A stretch of 41,107 nucleotides of DNA from a virus (IMGVR_UViG_3300012878_000052:1-41107), one strand, 5' to 3'. Shown: positions 9,015 through 18,746, counted from the stretch's first letter. Numbers and translations: made by a program. The notes: a model not told the origin generated them from the sequence alone.

Positions 9015-9115
9015 CCGAGCGTCCCCGCAACCCCCGCCGGCTCGGGGCTGATCCGCAACGACCTCTCTCCCGTTGCGGTGACGCCCCGACCACCGGCGAC
9101 TATTTCGAGGTCCTT

Positions 9116-9580
9116 ATGTCTGGATTCATCGCACCCGCCAAGAACGCCCCCAGCGACGCAATCACCTCGGGCGTTTGGTGGCCGGCCGTCTCGCCGGCGA
9201 AGGTCCGCGAGGACATGAGGATCCCCGGCTCAGTCACCGAGCCGCGTTTGCGCACCACCTTGATCAACGCCATCACCACGGTGAACGAAGCGCTGGCCAC
9301 CTGGTCCAGCCGTCACATTGCCGATGGCCACGCCACGTTGGCCGACGTACCGGCTCCCCAGGTCGGCGGCACTTCCCGCCTGGTCACGCTGTATCAGCGT
9401 GCGGTGGCCACCTACGCCGCCGCCGAGCTGACCGAGCGCTACCGCTCCTACGACGCAACCGACAGCGCCAACCAGCGTGCCGATGACCTGACGCCGTCCA
9501 TTTCGGAGATCCGCCGCGATCACCGCTGGGCCATGCGCGACCTGAAGGCCCGGCCCCGTACCACGGTGGACCTGCTCTGA
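9116..9580 (+). CDS. L: Head completion protein (P2 gpL-like)
   Basis: WWP, LYQRAV, ERYRSYDAT, RWAMRDL...TVDLL. Syntenic position. Confidence 0.92.
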   Translation: MSGFIAPAKNAPSDAITSGVWWPAVSPAKVREDMRIPGSVTEPRLRTTLINAITTVNEALATWSSRHIADGHATLADVPAPQVGGTSRLVTLYQRAVATYAAAELTERYRSYDATDSANQRADDLTPSISEIRRDHRWAMRDLKARPRTTVDLL

Positions 9581-9789
9581 TGCTCGTGACCGCTGCCCAA
9601 GGCGACACCCTGGACGCCATCTGCTACCGGTTCCTCGGCACTACCGCTGCGTGCGTGGAGCAGGCTCTGGCACTTAACCCCGGCTTGGCCGAACTCGGCC
9701 CCGTCCTGCCCCAAGGCACCCCCGTGGTGCTCCCCGACATCACCACCCCGGCCACCGCGACGCGCGAGCTGGTCCAGCTTTGGGATTGA
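9580..9789 (+). CDS. X: Tail protein X (LysM-like)
   Basis: AAQGDTLDAICYRFLG...ALNPGLA...VQLWD. Confidence 0.93.
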   Translation: MLVTAAQGDTLDAICYRFLGTTAACVEQALALNPGLAELGPVLPQGTPVVLPDITTPATATRELVQLWD

Positions 9790-9791
9790 CG

Positions 9792-10145
9792 ATGACCGAA
9801 CCCACCTCCACCGGCACCCTGATCGCGCTGGCCACCAGCGTTGGGCTGGCCTCGCTTCTGCCGGGGATCAACCCCGATGCCCTGATCGGCTCCTTCGCTG
9901 GCGCGACGCTGTTTGTGGTGTCCGCCAAAGACCTGCTGCTCTGGAAGCGGCTGTTCTACCTGGTCATCAGTGTCGTGCCCGGGTACATGGGCGCTGCCGA
10001 TGTGATGCGACGCACCGGCTTGGAGTCGGCCGGGCTGTCCGCTTTCCTGTTGGCCGCGTGCGTGGTGACCATCACGTTGCGGTTGATCGAGGGCAGCGGA
10101 AGCATCGACTTCAAGTCCTTCCGACGCGGAGACCGCAATGGCTGA
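9792..10145 (+). CDS. Putative holin/antiholin (membrane protein 1)
   Basis: MTEPTS start, multiple hydrophobic helices, GSFAGA motif, first gene of the lysis cassette. Confidence 0.8.
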   Translation: MTEPTSTGTLIALATSVGLASLLPGINPDALIGSFAGATLFVVSAKDLLLWKRLFYLVISVVPGYMGAADVMRRTGLESAGLSAFLLAACVVTITLRLIEGSGSIDFKSFRRGDRNG

Positions 10146-10416
10146 GATCACGACCTTCCTCGCCCTTCTGGCCAGCCTGGCCATCTGCGTGCGCCTGCTG
10201 ACCTACCGCGCCCACGACGGCGCGACCCACCGCCCCGGGGTTTCGCTGGTGGCATGGGTGCTTATCGCTTCCACCGGTGGGCAGGCGCTGCAGATCCTGC
10301 TGTATGGCCCGCGTGCACACGTCAGCCCGTGGCAGCTCGGCCTGCTGCTGGTCCTGCTGGTGCTGACCTTCCAATCCAAGGGCAACGTGGCCCGCATTCT
10401 GAGGACCGACCCATGA
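10138..10416 (+). CDS. Putative holin (membrane protein 2, 3 TM)
   Basis: RLLTYR...ATHRP...GNVARIL pattern with three hydrophobic segments, directly before the endolysin. Confidence 0.8.
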   Translation: MAEITTFLALLASLAICVRLLTYRAHDGATHRPGVSLVAWVLIASTGGQALQILLYGPRAHVSPWQLGLLLVLLVLTFQSKGNVARILRTDP

Positions 10417-11084
10417 TCTTGACCGACGACATCCTTGCCCGCGCGATGCAGATGCCGCTCGCACGTGTTCAGCGCTGGACCAAGCCCCTCAACGCGGCGA
10501 TGGCTGCGTTCGGCATCACCACCCGCCGTCAGGTCGCCTATTTCCTCGCCCAGCTCGGGCACGAGAGCGTGAGCCTCACCCGCGTTGAGGAAAACCTGAA
10601 CTACAGCACTGCCGATCGCGTCGTGGCGGTGTTCCGCCGCTTCGACCTTAACGGCAACCGGAAGATCGAGCCGGCCGAGCTGGCCTTCGCCAAGGGCTTC
10701 TTGGGCCAGCCGCAGAAGCTGGCCAACTACGTCTACGCAGGGCGTGGTGGGAACGGAGACGTCGCCAGCGGTGATGGCTGGCGGTACCGGGGGCGTGGCC
10801 CCATCCAGAACACCCTGAAGAACGGCTACGCCCGCATGGGTGTGCTGCTCGGTCTGCCGCTGCTGCAGAATCCGGACCTGCTGCTGGATCCGGTGAACGG
10901 CGCGCGTGCGGCGGCGGCCTACTGGAAGGACAACGAGCTCAACCGCTGGGCCGATGAGGGTGACGTGCTGGCGCTGAGCCGCGCCATCAACCTGGGCAAC
11001 CCGCGCGCCAAGGCGACGCCCGAGGGCATGGAAGACCGTATCGCCCGCACCAACCGCGCCGTGACGCTGTTGGAGGCCGCGTGA
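10413..11084 (+). CDS. Endolysin, glycoside hydrolase family 19 (chitinase-like)
   Basis: FLAQLGHES, ENLNYS, GDGWRYRGRGPIQ motifs. ATG overlaps the holin stop. Confidence 0.92.
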   Translation: MILTDDILARAMQMPLARVQRWTKPLNAAMAAFGITTRRQVAYFLAQLGHESVSLTRVEENLNYSTADRVVAVFRRFDLNGNRKIEPAELAFAKGFLGQPQKLANYVYAGRGGNGDVASGDGWRYRGRGPIQNTLKNGYARMGVLLGLPLLQNPDLLLDPVNGARAAAAYWKDNELNRWADEGDVLALSRAINLGNPRAKATPEGMEDRIARTNRAVTLLEAA

Positions 11085-11662
11085 TGCGCCTGAGCCTGGA
11101 CCCGATCCTGCCCTACCTCAACGCCGTCAAATGGGCGGCAGCGCTGGCGGTGGCGGTGGCCTTTGCGTGGTTCTGGCACAACCTTGGCGCGGACAGCTGG
11201 CGAGGCAAGTACAACGCCGAGCGCAGCGCGCACCAGGCTGCGCTGGCAGCCCACGCCGGGGTGCTGGATGGGCTGGCCAAGGCCACGGCCGAAACGGCCG
11301 CCAAGGCCCGCTTGGCCTCGCAGGCGCTGGCCGCCGAGCGTACCGACAACGACAACCGCTACAACGAGAAGGTGTCCGATGCGAAACAAGCCCGTAGTGA
11401 TCTCGCTGCTGCTCTGCGCCGTGGCGACGTGCAGCTGCAGCCGTGGTGGCAGTGTGGTGCTGCGGCCGGAGCCGACCCCGATGCGGCTGCAGCCGCTGCC
11501 GGCGGAGAAGATGCTTCCGCCCAGCTTCGGGCAGAGGGTGCGGCAGCGAATGTTGAAGACGCCGACCACGCAGATGCCTGGATCGGCTGGCTCCAGTCCG
11601 AACTGAGCAGCACCAGGCAACAGGCTGTTGCGGCCGGGTGCGCAGCGCAGGCCGGGCCGTGA
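11084..11662 (+). CDS. Inner-membrane spanin (Rz/LysB-like)
   Basis: Single N-terminal TM helix followed by an Ala-rich coiled coil, directly after the endolysin. Confidence 0.8.
   Translation: MRLSLDPILPYLNAVKWAAALAVAVAFAWFWHNLGADSWRGKYNAERSAHQAALAAHAGVLDGLAKATAETAAKARLASQALAAERTDNDNRYNEKVSDAKQARSDLAAALRRGDVQLQPWWQCGAAAGADPDAAAAAAGGEDASAQLRAEGAAANVEDADHADAWIGWLQSELSSTRQQAVAAGCAAQAGP
11379..11606 (+). CDS. Embedded outer-membrane spanin lipoprotein (Rz1-like)
   Basis: Alternative frame inside the i-spanin: MRNKPVVISLLLCAVATCSC signal/lipobox, Pro-rich mature part, GAGAAGG upstream. Confidence 0.72.
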   Translation: MRNKPVVISLLLCAVATCSCSRGGSVVLRPEPTPMRLQPLPAEKMLPPSFGQRVRQRMLKTPTTQMPGSAGSSPN

Positions 11663-12072
11663 AGAAGCCGGCCTCCCTCCGCGCCGCGATCGAGGCGGCC
11701 GTTCCGGATCTGGCGATCGACAAGGACAGGCTGCTCGCGTTTATCGACAACGGCAGCATCGTCAGCACCGGCGCGCCTTCCCGGTCCTTCGAGTGGCGCT
11801 ACACCATGAACCTGCTGATCACCGACTATGCCGGCGACCCCAATATCCTGTGGAGCGCGCTGCTCGATTGGGTACGGGTGAACCAGAGTGCGTTGCTGGA
11901 TGCGCACAGCCTGCATGAGCAGATCCGGTTCGAGGTCGACATCCTTGCCGACGACAAGGTCGACCTGGACATCAAGCTGCCGCTGACCGAGAACGTCCTG
12001 GCCGGCTTCGATGGCGACGGCCGGCCAACGGTTGAAGCCGCGGACGAACCGACTCCCACATGGATGACCTGA
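11659..12072 (+). CDS. R: Tail completion protein (P2 gpR-like)
   Basis: KKPASLRAAI, LLAFIDNG, SFEWRYT, WVRVNQ, LPLTE. GTG start overlaps the upstream stop. Confidence 0.92.
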   Translation: MKKPASLRAAIEAAVPDLAIDKDRLLAFIDNGSIVSTGAPSRSFEWRYTMNLLITDYAGDPNILWSALLDWVRVNQSALLDAHSLHEQIRFEVDILADDKVDLDIKLPLTENVLAGFDGDGRPTVEAADEPTPTWMT

Positions 12073-12512
12073 CCGCACTTGAGGACTGGGTGGCGCCGTT
12101 GCTGCGCCGTCTTGAGCCTGCCGGGCGTGCCCGCCTGGCCCGCCGAATCGCCCAGGATCTGCAACGCGCCCAGAGCGAGCGCATCGCCCAGCAGCGCGCT
12201 CCCGATGGCAGCCAATATGCCCGCCGCAAGAACCAGAAGCGGCTGAAGGCCGGCCGCGTCCGCCGGCGAAAAATGTTCGCCCGCCTGCGCCAGTCCCGTC
12301 ACCTCAAAGCCCGAGGCACCGCAAGCGAGGCCTCGGTGTTCTTCGTTCGTCGCGCGGCGGCCATCGCCCGCGTCCATCAGGAAGGTCTGATCGACCAGGT
12401 GCGCCGCGACGGCCCGCGCGTGCGTTACGAGCGCCGGGTACTGCTCGGGTTTGGTGCCGATGACCAGCAACGGATCATCGACACCCTGCTCAATCACCTG
12501 TCCGGGTTGTAG
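12060..12512 (+). CDS. S: Tail completion/virion morphogenesis protein (P2 gpS-like)
   Basis: RIAQQRAPDGSQYARRK, MFARLR, IARVHQEGL, RVLLGF. Confidence 0.92.
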   Translation: MDDLTALEDWVAPLLRRLEPAGRARLARRIAQDLQRAQSERIAQQRAPDGSQYARRKNQKRLKAGRVRRRKMFARLRQSRHLKARGTASEASVFFVRRAAAIARVHQEGLIDQVRRDGPRVRYERRVLLGFGADDQQRIIDTLLNHLSGL

Positions 12513-12566
12513 CGCACCCCCATACAGCGCCAGCTGCTGTCGCGCGCGCGTGGCGCTGGCCACCAT
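12508..12566 (+). promoter_or_regulatory. Ogr-dependent late promoter for the J operon
   Basis: TGTA-N11-TACA (12508-12526), 34 nt, then CACCAT (12561-12566). Confidence 0.78.
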
Positions 12567-12572
12567 GACAGT

Positions 12573-13466
12573 ATGTCTACCTTCTCCGCCGTCGACCTGT
12601 CCCGCCTGCCCGCCCCCAGCGCGGTTGAAGTCCTGGACTTCGAGGTGATCCTGGGCGAGTGGCTGGCCGCCATGCGCCAGCGCGACCCGACCTTCACCGC
12701 CGTTGTCGAATCAGACCCGGTGTACAAGCTCGCCGAGATCGGTGCCTATCGCGAGATGCTGCAGCGTCAGCGTGTCAACGAGGGTATCAAGTCGGTGCTG
12801 CTGGCGTACGCCGCTGATTCGATGCTGGACCACCTCGGCGCCTTCTTCGGCGTAGAGCGCCGAGTGGTCGCCGAGGCCATCCCAGCCCAAGGCGTCGCAG
12901 CGGTGATGGAGCCCGACGAAGAGTTCCGCCGTCGCATCCAGATGGCCCCCGAAGGCTTCTCGACCGCCGGACCCGCCGGCGCGTACATCTTCCATGCTCT
13001 CGGCGCCGATCCTCGGGTGTTGGATGCATCCGCCGACAGCCCGCAGCCGGGCCACGTCTCGGTCTACGTCCTTTCCCGCGAAGGAAACGGCACTGCCCCC
13101 GATGACCTGCTCGCCAACGTTGCCAAGGCCGTCAACCACATCGATGTCCGCCCGCTTACCGACTTTGTGACCGTGCTGAGCGCGTCGGTGATCGACTATG
13201 AGATTGAGGCGGTGCTGGACATATACCCCGGGCCGGATCCTGCCGTGGTTCTGAAGGAGGCGCAGGCCCAGGCGGCGGCGTATGCCCAGCAGAATTCCCG
13301 CATGGCTCGCCTGGTGAGCCGTTCTGCCCTCGACCGCGCATTGCACCAGGAGGGCGTCATCGACGTCACGCTCATCAGCCCGGCCGCCAATGTTGCCGTC
13401 GGCGTGGGCGAAGCCAGCCGGTGCACCGCTATTCGGATCACCCACCGTACGGTGGCAGATGTCTAG
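12573..13466 (+). CDS. J: Baseplate protein J
   Basis: VDLSRLPAP, ESDPVYKL, EGFSTAGPAGAYIFHA, VRPLTDFV. Confidence 0.95.
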   Translation: MSTFSAVDLSRLPAPSAVEVLDFEVILGEWLAAMRQRDPTFTAVVESDPVYKLAEIGAYREMLQRQRVNEGIKSVLLAYAADSMLDHLGAFFGVERRVVAEAIPAQGVAAVMEPDEEFRRRIQMAPEGFSTAGPAGAYIFHALGADPRVLDASADSPQPGHVSVYVLSREGNGTAPDDLLANVAKAVNHIDVRPLTDFVTVLSASVIDYEIEAVLDIYPGPDPAVVLKEAQAQAAAYAQQNSRMARLVSRSALDRALHQEGVIDVTLISPAANVAVGVGEASRCTAIRITHRTVADV

Positions 13467-14112
13467 CCTGCTGCCCCCCAACGCCACCAAGCAAGAGGTG
13501 GCGTTTGCAGAGGTGATGGCCAGGACGTCCGCAGTGCCGGTTCCCTTCGCCGAAGCACTGGACCCCATGCGCACGTCCGAAGAGATGCTGCCATGGCTGG
13601 CCTGGTGGTTCAGCGTGGACGCATGGGGCACCGACTGGCCCACTTACGTTCGCCGGCGGACCGTGCAGCAGTCTCTGAGGATCCACAGGCGCAAGGGCAC
13701 GGTAGGCGCGCTGCTTGATGCCATTGATGCCATCGGTGTGCCAGTTGAGATCGAGGAATGGCACCAGCGCAATCCGAAGGGCGCTCCTTACACGTTCCGC
13801 GCGTTGGTCGACGCCGTCTCCACGCCATTCCAAGAGAAAGACCTGCAACGGCTGCTGCAGGCGATCGAGGACAACAAGAACCTGCGCTCGCACATGACCG
13901 AGCTGGTTCCGGGCCTGAGCAGCTATGCCAACCCGTTCGTCGGCGGGCTGACATCGATTGGAACAGATCGCCAGGTGCAGGCGCGGTTCCAGGACATTTC
14001 ATTGCTGCTGGCTGCGATGGAAGAAGGCGACCAGGTGATCGCTGATTCCGTTGACCGACTTCATACCCATCTCAACTTCACGATGCCCGACAGGGCCAAG
14101 GAACAGCCGTGA
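13459..14112 (+). CDS. I: Baseplate/tail protein I with C-terminal extension
   Basis: SLLPPNAT, LPWLAWWFSVDAW, HRRKGTVGA, IEEWHQ...PYTF, KNLRSH. Confidence 0.93.
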   Translation: MSSLLPPNATKQEVAFAEVMARTSAVPVPFAEALDPMRTSEEMLPWLAWWFSVDAWGTDWPTYVRRRTVQQSLRIHRRKGTVGALLDAIDAIGVPVEIEEWHQRNPKGAPYTFRALVDAVSTPFQEKDLQRLLQAIEDNKNLRSHMTELVPGLSSYANPFVGGLTSIGTDRQVQARFQDISLLLAAMEEGDQVIADSVDRLHTHLNFTMPDRAKEQP

Positions 14113-16238
14113 GCGTCAGCAACAAGGTCGACCAGTTCATCAAGGACAGCGATATCGCCCATTCCATCGTGCACGGACGCGCCACGGAAACCATCGAGAC
14201 AGAGGGCGGCCCGGTGCCGACCTTTGCCCGCGCGGTGCAAGGTCTGACCGACCTGCCCGAGCGCGTGCAAATGCTGGAGTCACTGCAGGGCGCAGATCGC
14301 GTCGGCTATGCCACCTGGACGGAGGCCGTCGCGGCCGCTGCCCGCCCGCTCGGTGCGATGGTTGAGATCCCCGTGGAAACCGATCCGGGCTCACACGTCG
14401 ATCCGGTGAAGCCAGGCAATCAGATCGTTCCCAACGGCGGTCTGTACATCCAGCGCCAAACGGGTCTGGAATGGATGCGCCCCGATACGCTGGCGGCAAA
14501 GGCCAATCGGACGGATCTGGTGCCGCTTAAGCAGCAGATGCCCACAAAAGCCGAGCGTGAGCCGCTGGTCGAATCGTTGTACCTGGTGGAATCGCCCATG
14601 GTTCCGCTGGTGGGCGTCACCAGCAAAACCGGAGAAGTGCAGATCCCGCTGCTGTATGACCCGGCGTCGGGCGACCTCATCAACCGCGGCCGAACCGTGC
14701 TGACCGATATCGGCGCGGGTGAGCATCTTGCAGATCTGCATCAGGCCGAGGTCGGCGATGTCGTGCCGATGCTAGGCGTTGCCGACAGTCAGGGAATGAT
14801 CCAGGTCGCCGTGGGCTACAACCCTGCGCTTGGCGCCCTGATCGTTGATGGGCGCCCCCTCGGCGAAGGGGAGTACCCGCTCACGTATGCGGACGCGACC
14901 GCTACTATCGATGGCACCAGCGTCATTGTGCGCGGCGCGCTGCGCACCGCGTCCGGCCTCATCCCGATCAACGGGGTGCTCGACATGGCTCCGCCAGCAC
15001 CGGTGCCGGTCATCGACACCGCCTATACGCTAAAGGCCAACGGCGAGCAGCGTTGGTACGTCAACGACAACGCACCCCTGCCCTATCGCTTCATCACCGA
15101 TGTGTCCTGCCGACACAACAACGCGCTATTGGCAGAGGGTGCTGACTTCCACGTCTGGTACACCGGCGGCAAGCTGCGCGGCGTCGTCGGTAGCGGCACG
15201 CGGGAGGTCTTGCTCACCTATAAAGGCCTTCCCCAGCGCTATGACCTGATCGTGGCCGACGCCATCACCGGCACACTGTCGGTCGTACGCGGCATCGCGC
15301 GCAACGTGGACCCGCAGGAGTACCTGCCAACTGTCCCCATCGGCAAGATCGCGCTGTTCTCTGTGTTCTGCTACGGCCAGACCGTGCGCCTGTATAGCAA
15401 GACGCGTTGGCAGGGCATCACCAAGCGCGGCCGCGACATGAACGCGCTGCGCGAGTACAACCGGAAAGCGCTTGCGCCAATTCGTGCCGCCCTGGCGCAA
15501 CGCCGCGATATCACCTTGGTTGGGTACGGCGATTCGATTACCGCGATGGGTGGGTTCGCACCGCACACCGCCCCGAACACTGCCGCCCGCGATCTGAGGT
15601 CCTTCTTCGTGCAGATGCCGGCCGACACGTACGCCGCAATCCCAGCGCTCGATTTTGGCGACGGCGGCGGCGCCATCCATAGCGACCTGGGTTGGAACAG
15701 GCAGCTGAAGGCATTTCTCGAACACACCTACGGCATGCAGGTGGAGTACCTGAACTACGGCATCGGCGGAACCACCAGCGGCACCGGCGAGAACGCGGCC
15801 CGTCCCAACGGCCTCAACCCGGTTCGCCTGCAGTACGTGGTGGAATCTGTCGAGCAGTCCAGCAAGCCCGTCCTGGTCAACCTCGCCTTCGGAATGAACG
15901 AGCTGGGCAATGGCGCCACGGTGACCAACATGACTGAGCTGGTGCGCACCTTCCAGGCGCTGGGTGCAACGGTTCAGATCCTCGGCGTCCCCCGTCCCAG
16001 CAGCTACGGCGGGTTCGGCAGTCTGCCCGCGTGGCGCTACACCAACGACACCCTCCATGCCGTGGCCATCGCCACCGGCGCGGCGTTCTCGCCCACCGCG
16101 CCTTACTTCGATGAGGAACAGCTCGGCTACATGGGCATTGCTCCCGAATCCTTCGCCGCCGCCGGCAACATCAACCACGCCGGACCGGCCGAATTCCGCT
16201 TTCTCGCCCAACCCATCATCGCCAACTTCGAGATCTGA
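14109..16238 (+). CDS. Tail-associated protein with C-terminal SGNH/GDSL hydrolase domain (putative polysaccharide esterase spike)
   Basis: SGNH blocks GYGDSIT, NYGIGGTTS, AFGMNE and NINH. Translationally coupled to I. Confidence 0.8.
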   Translation: MSVSNKVDQFIKDSDIAHSIVHGRATETIETEGGPVPTFARAVQGLTDLPERVQMLESLQGADRVGYATWTEAVAAAARPLGAMVEIPVETDPGSHVDPVKPGNQIVPNGGLYIQRQTGLEWMRPDTLAAKANRTDLVPLKQQMPTKAEREPLVESLYLVESPMVPLVGVTSKTGEVQIPLLYDPASGDLINRGRTVLTDIGAGEHLADLHQAEVGDVVPMLGVADSQGMIQVAVGYNPALGALIVDGRPLGEGEYPLTYADATATIDGTSVIVRGALRTASGLIPINGVLDMAPPAPVPVIDTAYTLKANGEQRWYVNDNAPLPYRFITDVSCRHNNALLAEGADFHVWYTGGKLRGVVGSGTREVLLTYKGLPQRYDLIVADAITGTLSVVRGIARNVDPQEYLPTVPIGKIALFSVFCYGQTVRLYSKTRWQGITKRGRDMNALREYNRKALAPIRAALAQRRDITLVGYGDSITAMGGFAPHTAPNTAARDLRSFFVQMPADTYAAIPALDFGDGGGAIHSDLGWNRQLKAFLEHTYGMQVEYLNYGIGGTTSGTGENAARPNGLNPVRLQYVVESVEQSSKPVLVNLAFGMNELGNGATVTNMTELVRTFQALGATVQILGVPRPSSYGGFGSLPAWRYTNDTLHAVAIATGAAFSPTAPYFDEEQLGYMGIAPESFAAAGNINHAGPAEFRFLAQPIIANFEI

Positions 16239-16239
16239 C

Positions 16240-17004
16240 ATGGCCCGCGTCCTCTTTCCCGTAGCCCCCCTGGGAATCACCATTCCCGGCGCACCTGTGG
16301 TCAATGCCGTGCCGGCGTTCCCCTACGAACCGAGCCTGATCGCCGGCGCAGTCGGCGACTGGATCTTCGGTCCTGACCAAGTGTCGCTGGCGACGATCTC
16401 CGGCGATGCCACCTTGGCCGCGCAGGCAGCAACCCATACCTGGAGCGACAACAGCGTCACCGTGAAGGCCTTGGGAGAAGCTCTGGTCACCAACGTGCTG
16501 GAACCGGACGCAATGACGTTCTGGGTGGCGTTCAGGTGGCGCAACAGCACCGGCAAGAACAGCATCGTGGTGGGCAACATCTCTCCCCCGTTGCCCGCAG
16601 GGGGGTTCGCACTGGCCAACAATCCGGCCGGCGAGGTACGCATCGCCACTTACGGCCCCAACCCCAACAGCCTGCCTGTCTCTGACCACGGCTCAGTGCC
16701 GGCCGGTCTGCGGGACGGCGATTGGATCCTGGTCCTGGTCAGCCTCAACGGCCAGCGCGTCATCACGCGCATGACCGGGTCTACTGTCGTGACTGCGCCA
16801 TTGGTCAACCCGCGCGTCAAGAATTCGGTGAATCGAATCGCACTGGGCAATGCGTTCTTCACCGGTAACGCAACCTACACGCCCGTCGATGTGACGGCGG
16901 CCATGTTCGGCTGCATGGATACGAGCCTGGACGCCGAGCGTTTGGAGACCCTGTACGGGATTCTCCAGCGCCGCCTGGCCCATCGCGGCATCGTCGTGCG
17001 CTGA
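16240..17004 (+). CDS. Putative LamG/concanavalin-like beta-sandwich tail accessory protein (254 aa)
   Basis: Beta-rich pattern (MTFWVAFRW, DGDWILVLVSL, IALG, LDAERLETLY). Follows the SGNH gene. Confidence 0.6.
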   Translation: MARVLFPVAPLGITIPGAPVVNAVPAFPYEPSLIAGAVGDWIFGPDQVSLATISGDATLAAQAATHTWSDNSVTVKALGEALVTNVLEPDAMTFWVAFRWRNSTGKNSIVVGNISPPLPAGGFALANNPAGEVRIATYGPNPNSLPVSDHGSVPAGLRDGDWILVLVSLNGQRVITRMTGSTVVTAPLVNPRVKNSVNRIALGNAFFTGNATYTPVDVTAAMFGCMDTSLDAERLETLYGILQRRLAHRGIVVR

Positions 17005-17013
17005 GGGACTGTC

Positions 17014-18465
17014 ATGGCCAACTATCGAACCATCCATACCCGCAAGGGTCTGATGAAACTCAACGCCGCCCGCCTGGGAGGCGCCTCACTGATCGTTGCG
17101 CAGATGGCCTTCGGGGATGGCAATGGCAACCCCGTGGACCCGCAGGAAGGCGATACAGGGCTGGTACGTGAGCGTTTCCGCACCGCCATCAATCGCGTCT
17201 ACCAAGATCCAGAGAATCCGCTGATCTATTACGCCGAGGGCATCATTCCAGCAACCGCCGGCGGCTTCGTCATCCGTGAAATCGCAGTGATCGACAGCGA
17301 TAACGATGTGTTCGCCGTGGCCAACACGCCCGAGGTTTACCAGCCACTGGCAACCGAAGGCGCTATCGGCGATGGCATCTACCGCGTCGCCTTCGCCGTG
17401 GCAAACGCCGGCAACGTACAGATCACGTTGGATCCAAACATCATCGTCGCCTCGCGCGCGTGGGTGCTCAACACCATCGACGCAGGCCAGGTCGCGCCTG
17501 GAGGCACCACCGGGCAGGTCTGGACCAAGCTGAGCAACGCTGACGGCGATGCCGATTGGCAGAGCGCGGACGGAATCCAGGTTGTGGTCAACACTATCGA
17601 AGAGCGGCAGACGCTGGTGGCCAGCCAGCGCACGGTGGATCTGAGCGTTACCACCACGACGGGCCTGGCCGTGTACGTCAACGGCATACGCATTGGGCGC
17701 GGCACGGGCGCCGATGAGTGGAATCCCGACGATGACCTGCTGACCCGTCTTCAGTTGGGCAAGGACTACCCGGACGGAACCCGTCTGATCGTCGTCCAGA
17801 ACGAACCAGCAGGGAGCATGCCGCACGCGCTGGAACGCTCCGCGAACCTGGACGACGTCGCGGACAAGTCCGCGGCGCGCAGCAACCTGGGCGTGTTCAG
17901 TCGGGACGAAACACGGCAGATGGCGCCGGCCGGGATGGTGGCCACCTTTGCCGGCCCGAACGCGCCTACGGGCTGGCTCAGGGCCAACGGCGCTCAGGTC
18001 GCCAAGGAGGCCTATCCTCATCTCTACGCGGCCATCGGCGACACCTACACGCCGGCTGGCCAAGCGCCCGGCGTTGGTGCGTTCTTCGTACCTGATCTGC
18101 GCGGCCTTTTCCCTCGTTTCCTGGACGACGGTCGCGGCCAGGATCCGGGCCGACCGCTCGGCAGCAATCAGGGAGACCAGCTCGCCGCGCACACCCATGC
18201 AGGCCGTACCAGCGAAGCTGGCGATCATGCGCACGATTCCTCCTTCGGCGAGGGCAACAAGTACACGGCAGCTGCCCCCTACGGCATGAGCCCGCACCGC
18301 CCTGGCAACCGCAACGCGGGCGCGAGCGGCGGCATCGACTACGACAACTATGCCTGGCAGACATCGACCGATGGCCGGCACGCACACGACTTCGTGACCA
18401 GCGCAGCCGGCGGCAACGAGACACGCCCCAAGAACGTAGCGCTGCTGGCGTGCATCAAGTACTGA
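17014..18465 (+). CDS. H: Tail fibre protein (P2 gpH-like N-terminus, tail-collar domain)
   Basis: MAFGDGNG, GGFVIREI, VASRAWV. Collar motif PTGWLRANG...PDLRGLF, HxH motifs, ETRPKNVALLACIKY. Confidence 0.92.
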   Translation: MANYRTIHTRKGLMKLNAARLGGASLIVAQMAFGDGNGNPVDPQEGDTGLVRERFRTAINRVYQDPENPLIYYAEGIIPATAGGFVIREIAVIDSDNDVFAVANTPEVYQPLATEGAIGDGIYRVAFAVANAGNVQITLDPNIIVASRAWVLNTIDAGQVAPGGTTGQVWTKLSNADGDADWQSADGIQVVVNTIEERQTLVASQRTVDLSVTTTTGLAVYVNGIRIGRGTGADEWNPDDDLLTRLQLGKDYPDGTRLIVVQNEPAGSMPHALERSANLDDVADKSAARSNLGVFSRDETRQMAPAGMVATFAGPNAPTGWLRANGAQVAKEAYPHLYAAIGDTYTPAGQAPGVGAFFVPDLRGLFPRFLDDGRGQDPGRPLGSNQGDQLAAHTHAGRTSEAGDHAHDSSFGEGNKYTAAAPYGMSPHRPGNRNAGASGGIDYDNYAWQTSTDGRHAHDFVTSAAGGNETRPKNVALLACIKY

Positions 18466-18467
18466 CC

Positions 18468-18686
18468 ATGGCAACCCGAACCGTCTACCTCGTGGATACC
18501 GCCGGCCTGTTGGCCGGTACCGCCCAGGCCGATGAATCGCCGCAGCAGCCGGGCACCTGGCTGCTGCCGGCCGGTGCGGTAGAAACTCCGCCGCCCATCG
18601 ATGTGCCGCCCGGGCGCTGGCCTCGCTGGATCGGCGGCTCGTGGGTGCTGGCCACCGCGCCACGGTCGCGCATCGCAACGCTGTAA
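18468..18686 (+). CDS. Small tail-fibre assembly-like protein (72 aa)
   Basis: VYLVD...ADESP...LLPAGAVETPPP...W pattern, directly after H. Confidence 0.65.
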   Translation: MATRTVYLVDTAGLLAGTAQADESPQQPGTWLLPAGAVETPPPIDVPPGRWPRWIGGSWVLATAPRSRIATL

Positions 18687-18740
18687 CTGCCGCTGCTACA
18701 CCCCATGCGCCGTGCGCGCCCTCGCGCGCACGAGCAGCAT
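18682..18740 (+). promoter_or_regulatory. Ogr-dependent late promoter for the V operon
   Basis: TGTA-N11-TACA (18682-18700), 34 nt, then CAGCAT (18735-18740). Confidence 0.78.
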
Positions 18741-18746
18741 GGGGAT

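Noticed and set aside
14109-18686. Diversity-generating retroelement or invertible tail-fibre cassette
   Set aside because: No reverse transcriptase, invertase, template/variable repeat pair or flanking inverted repeats were seen.
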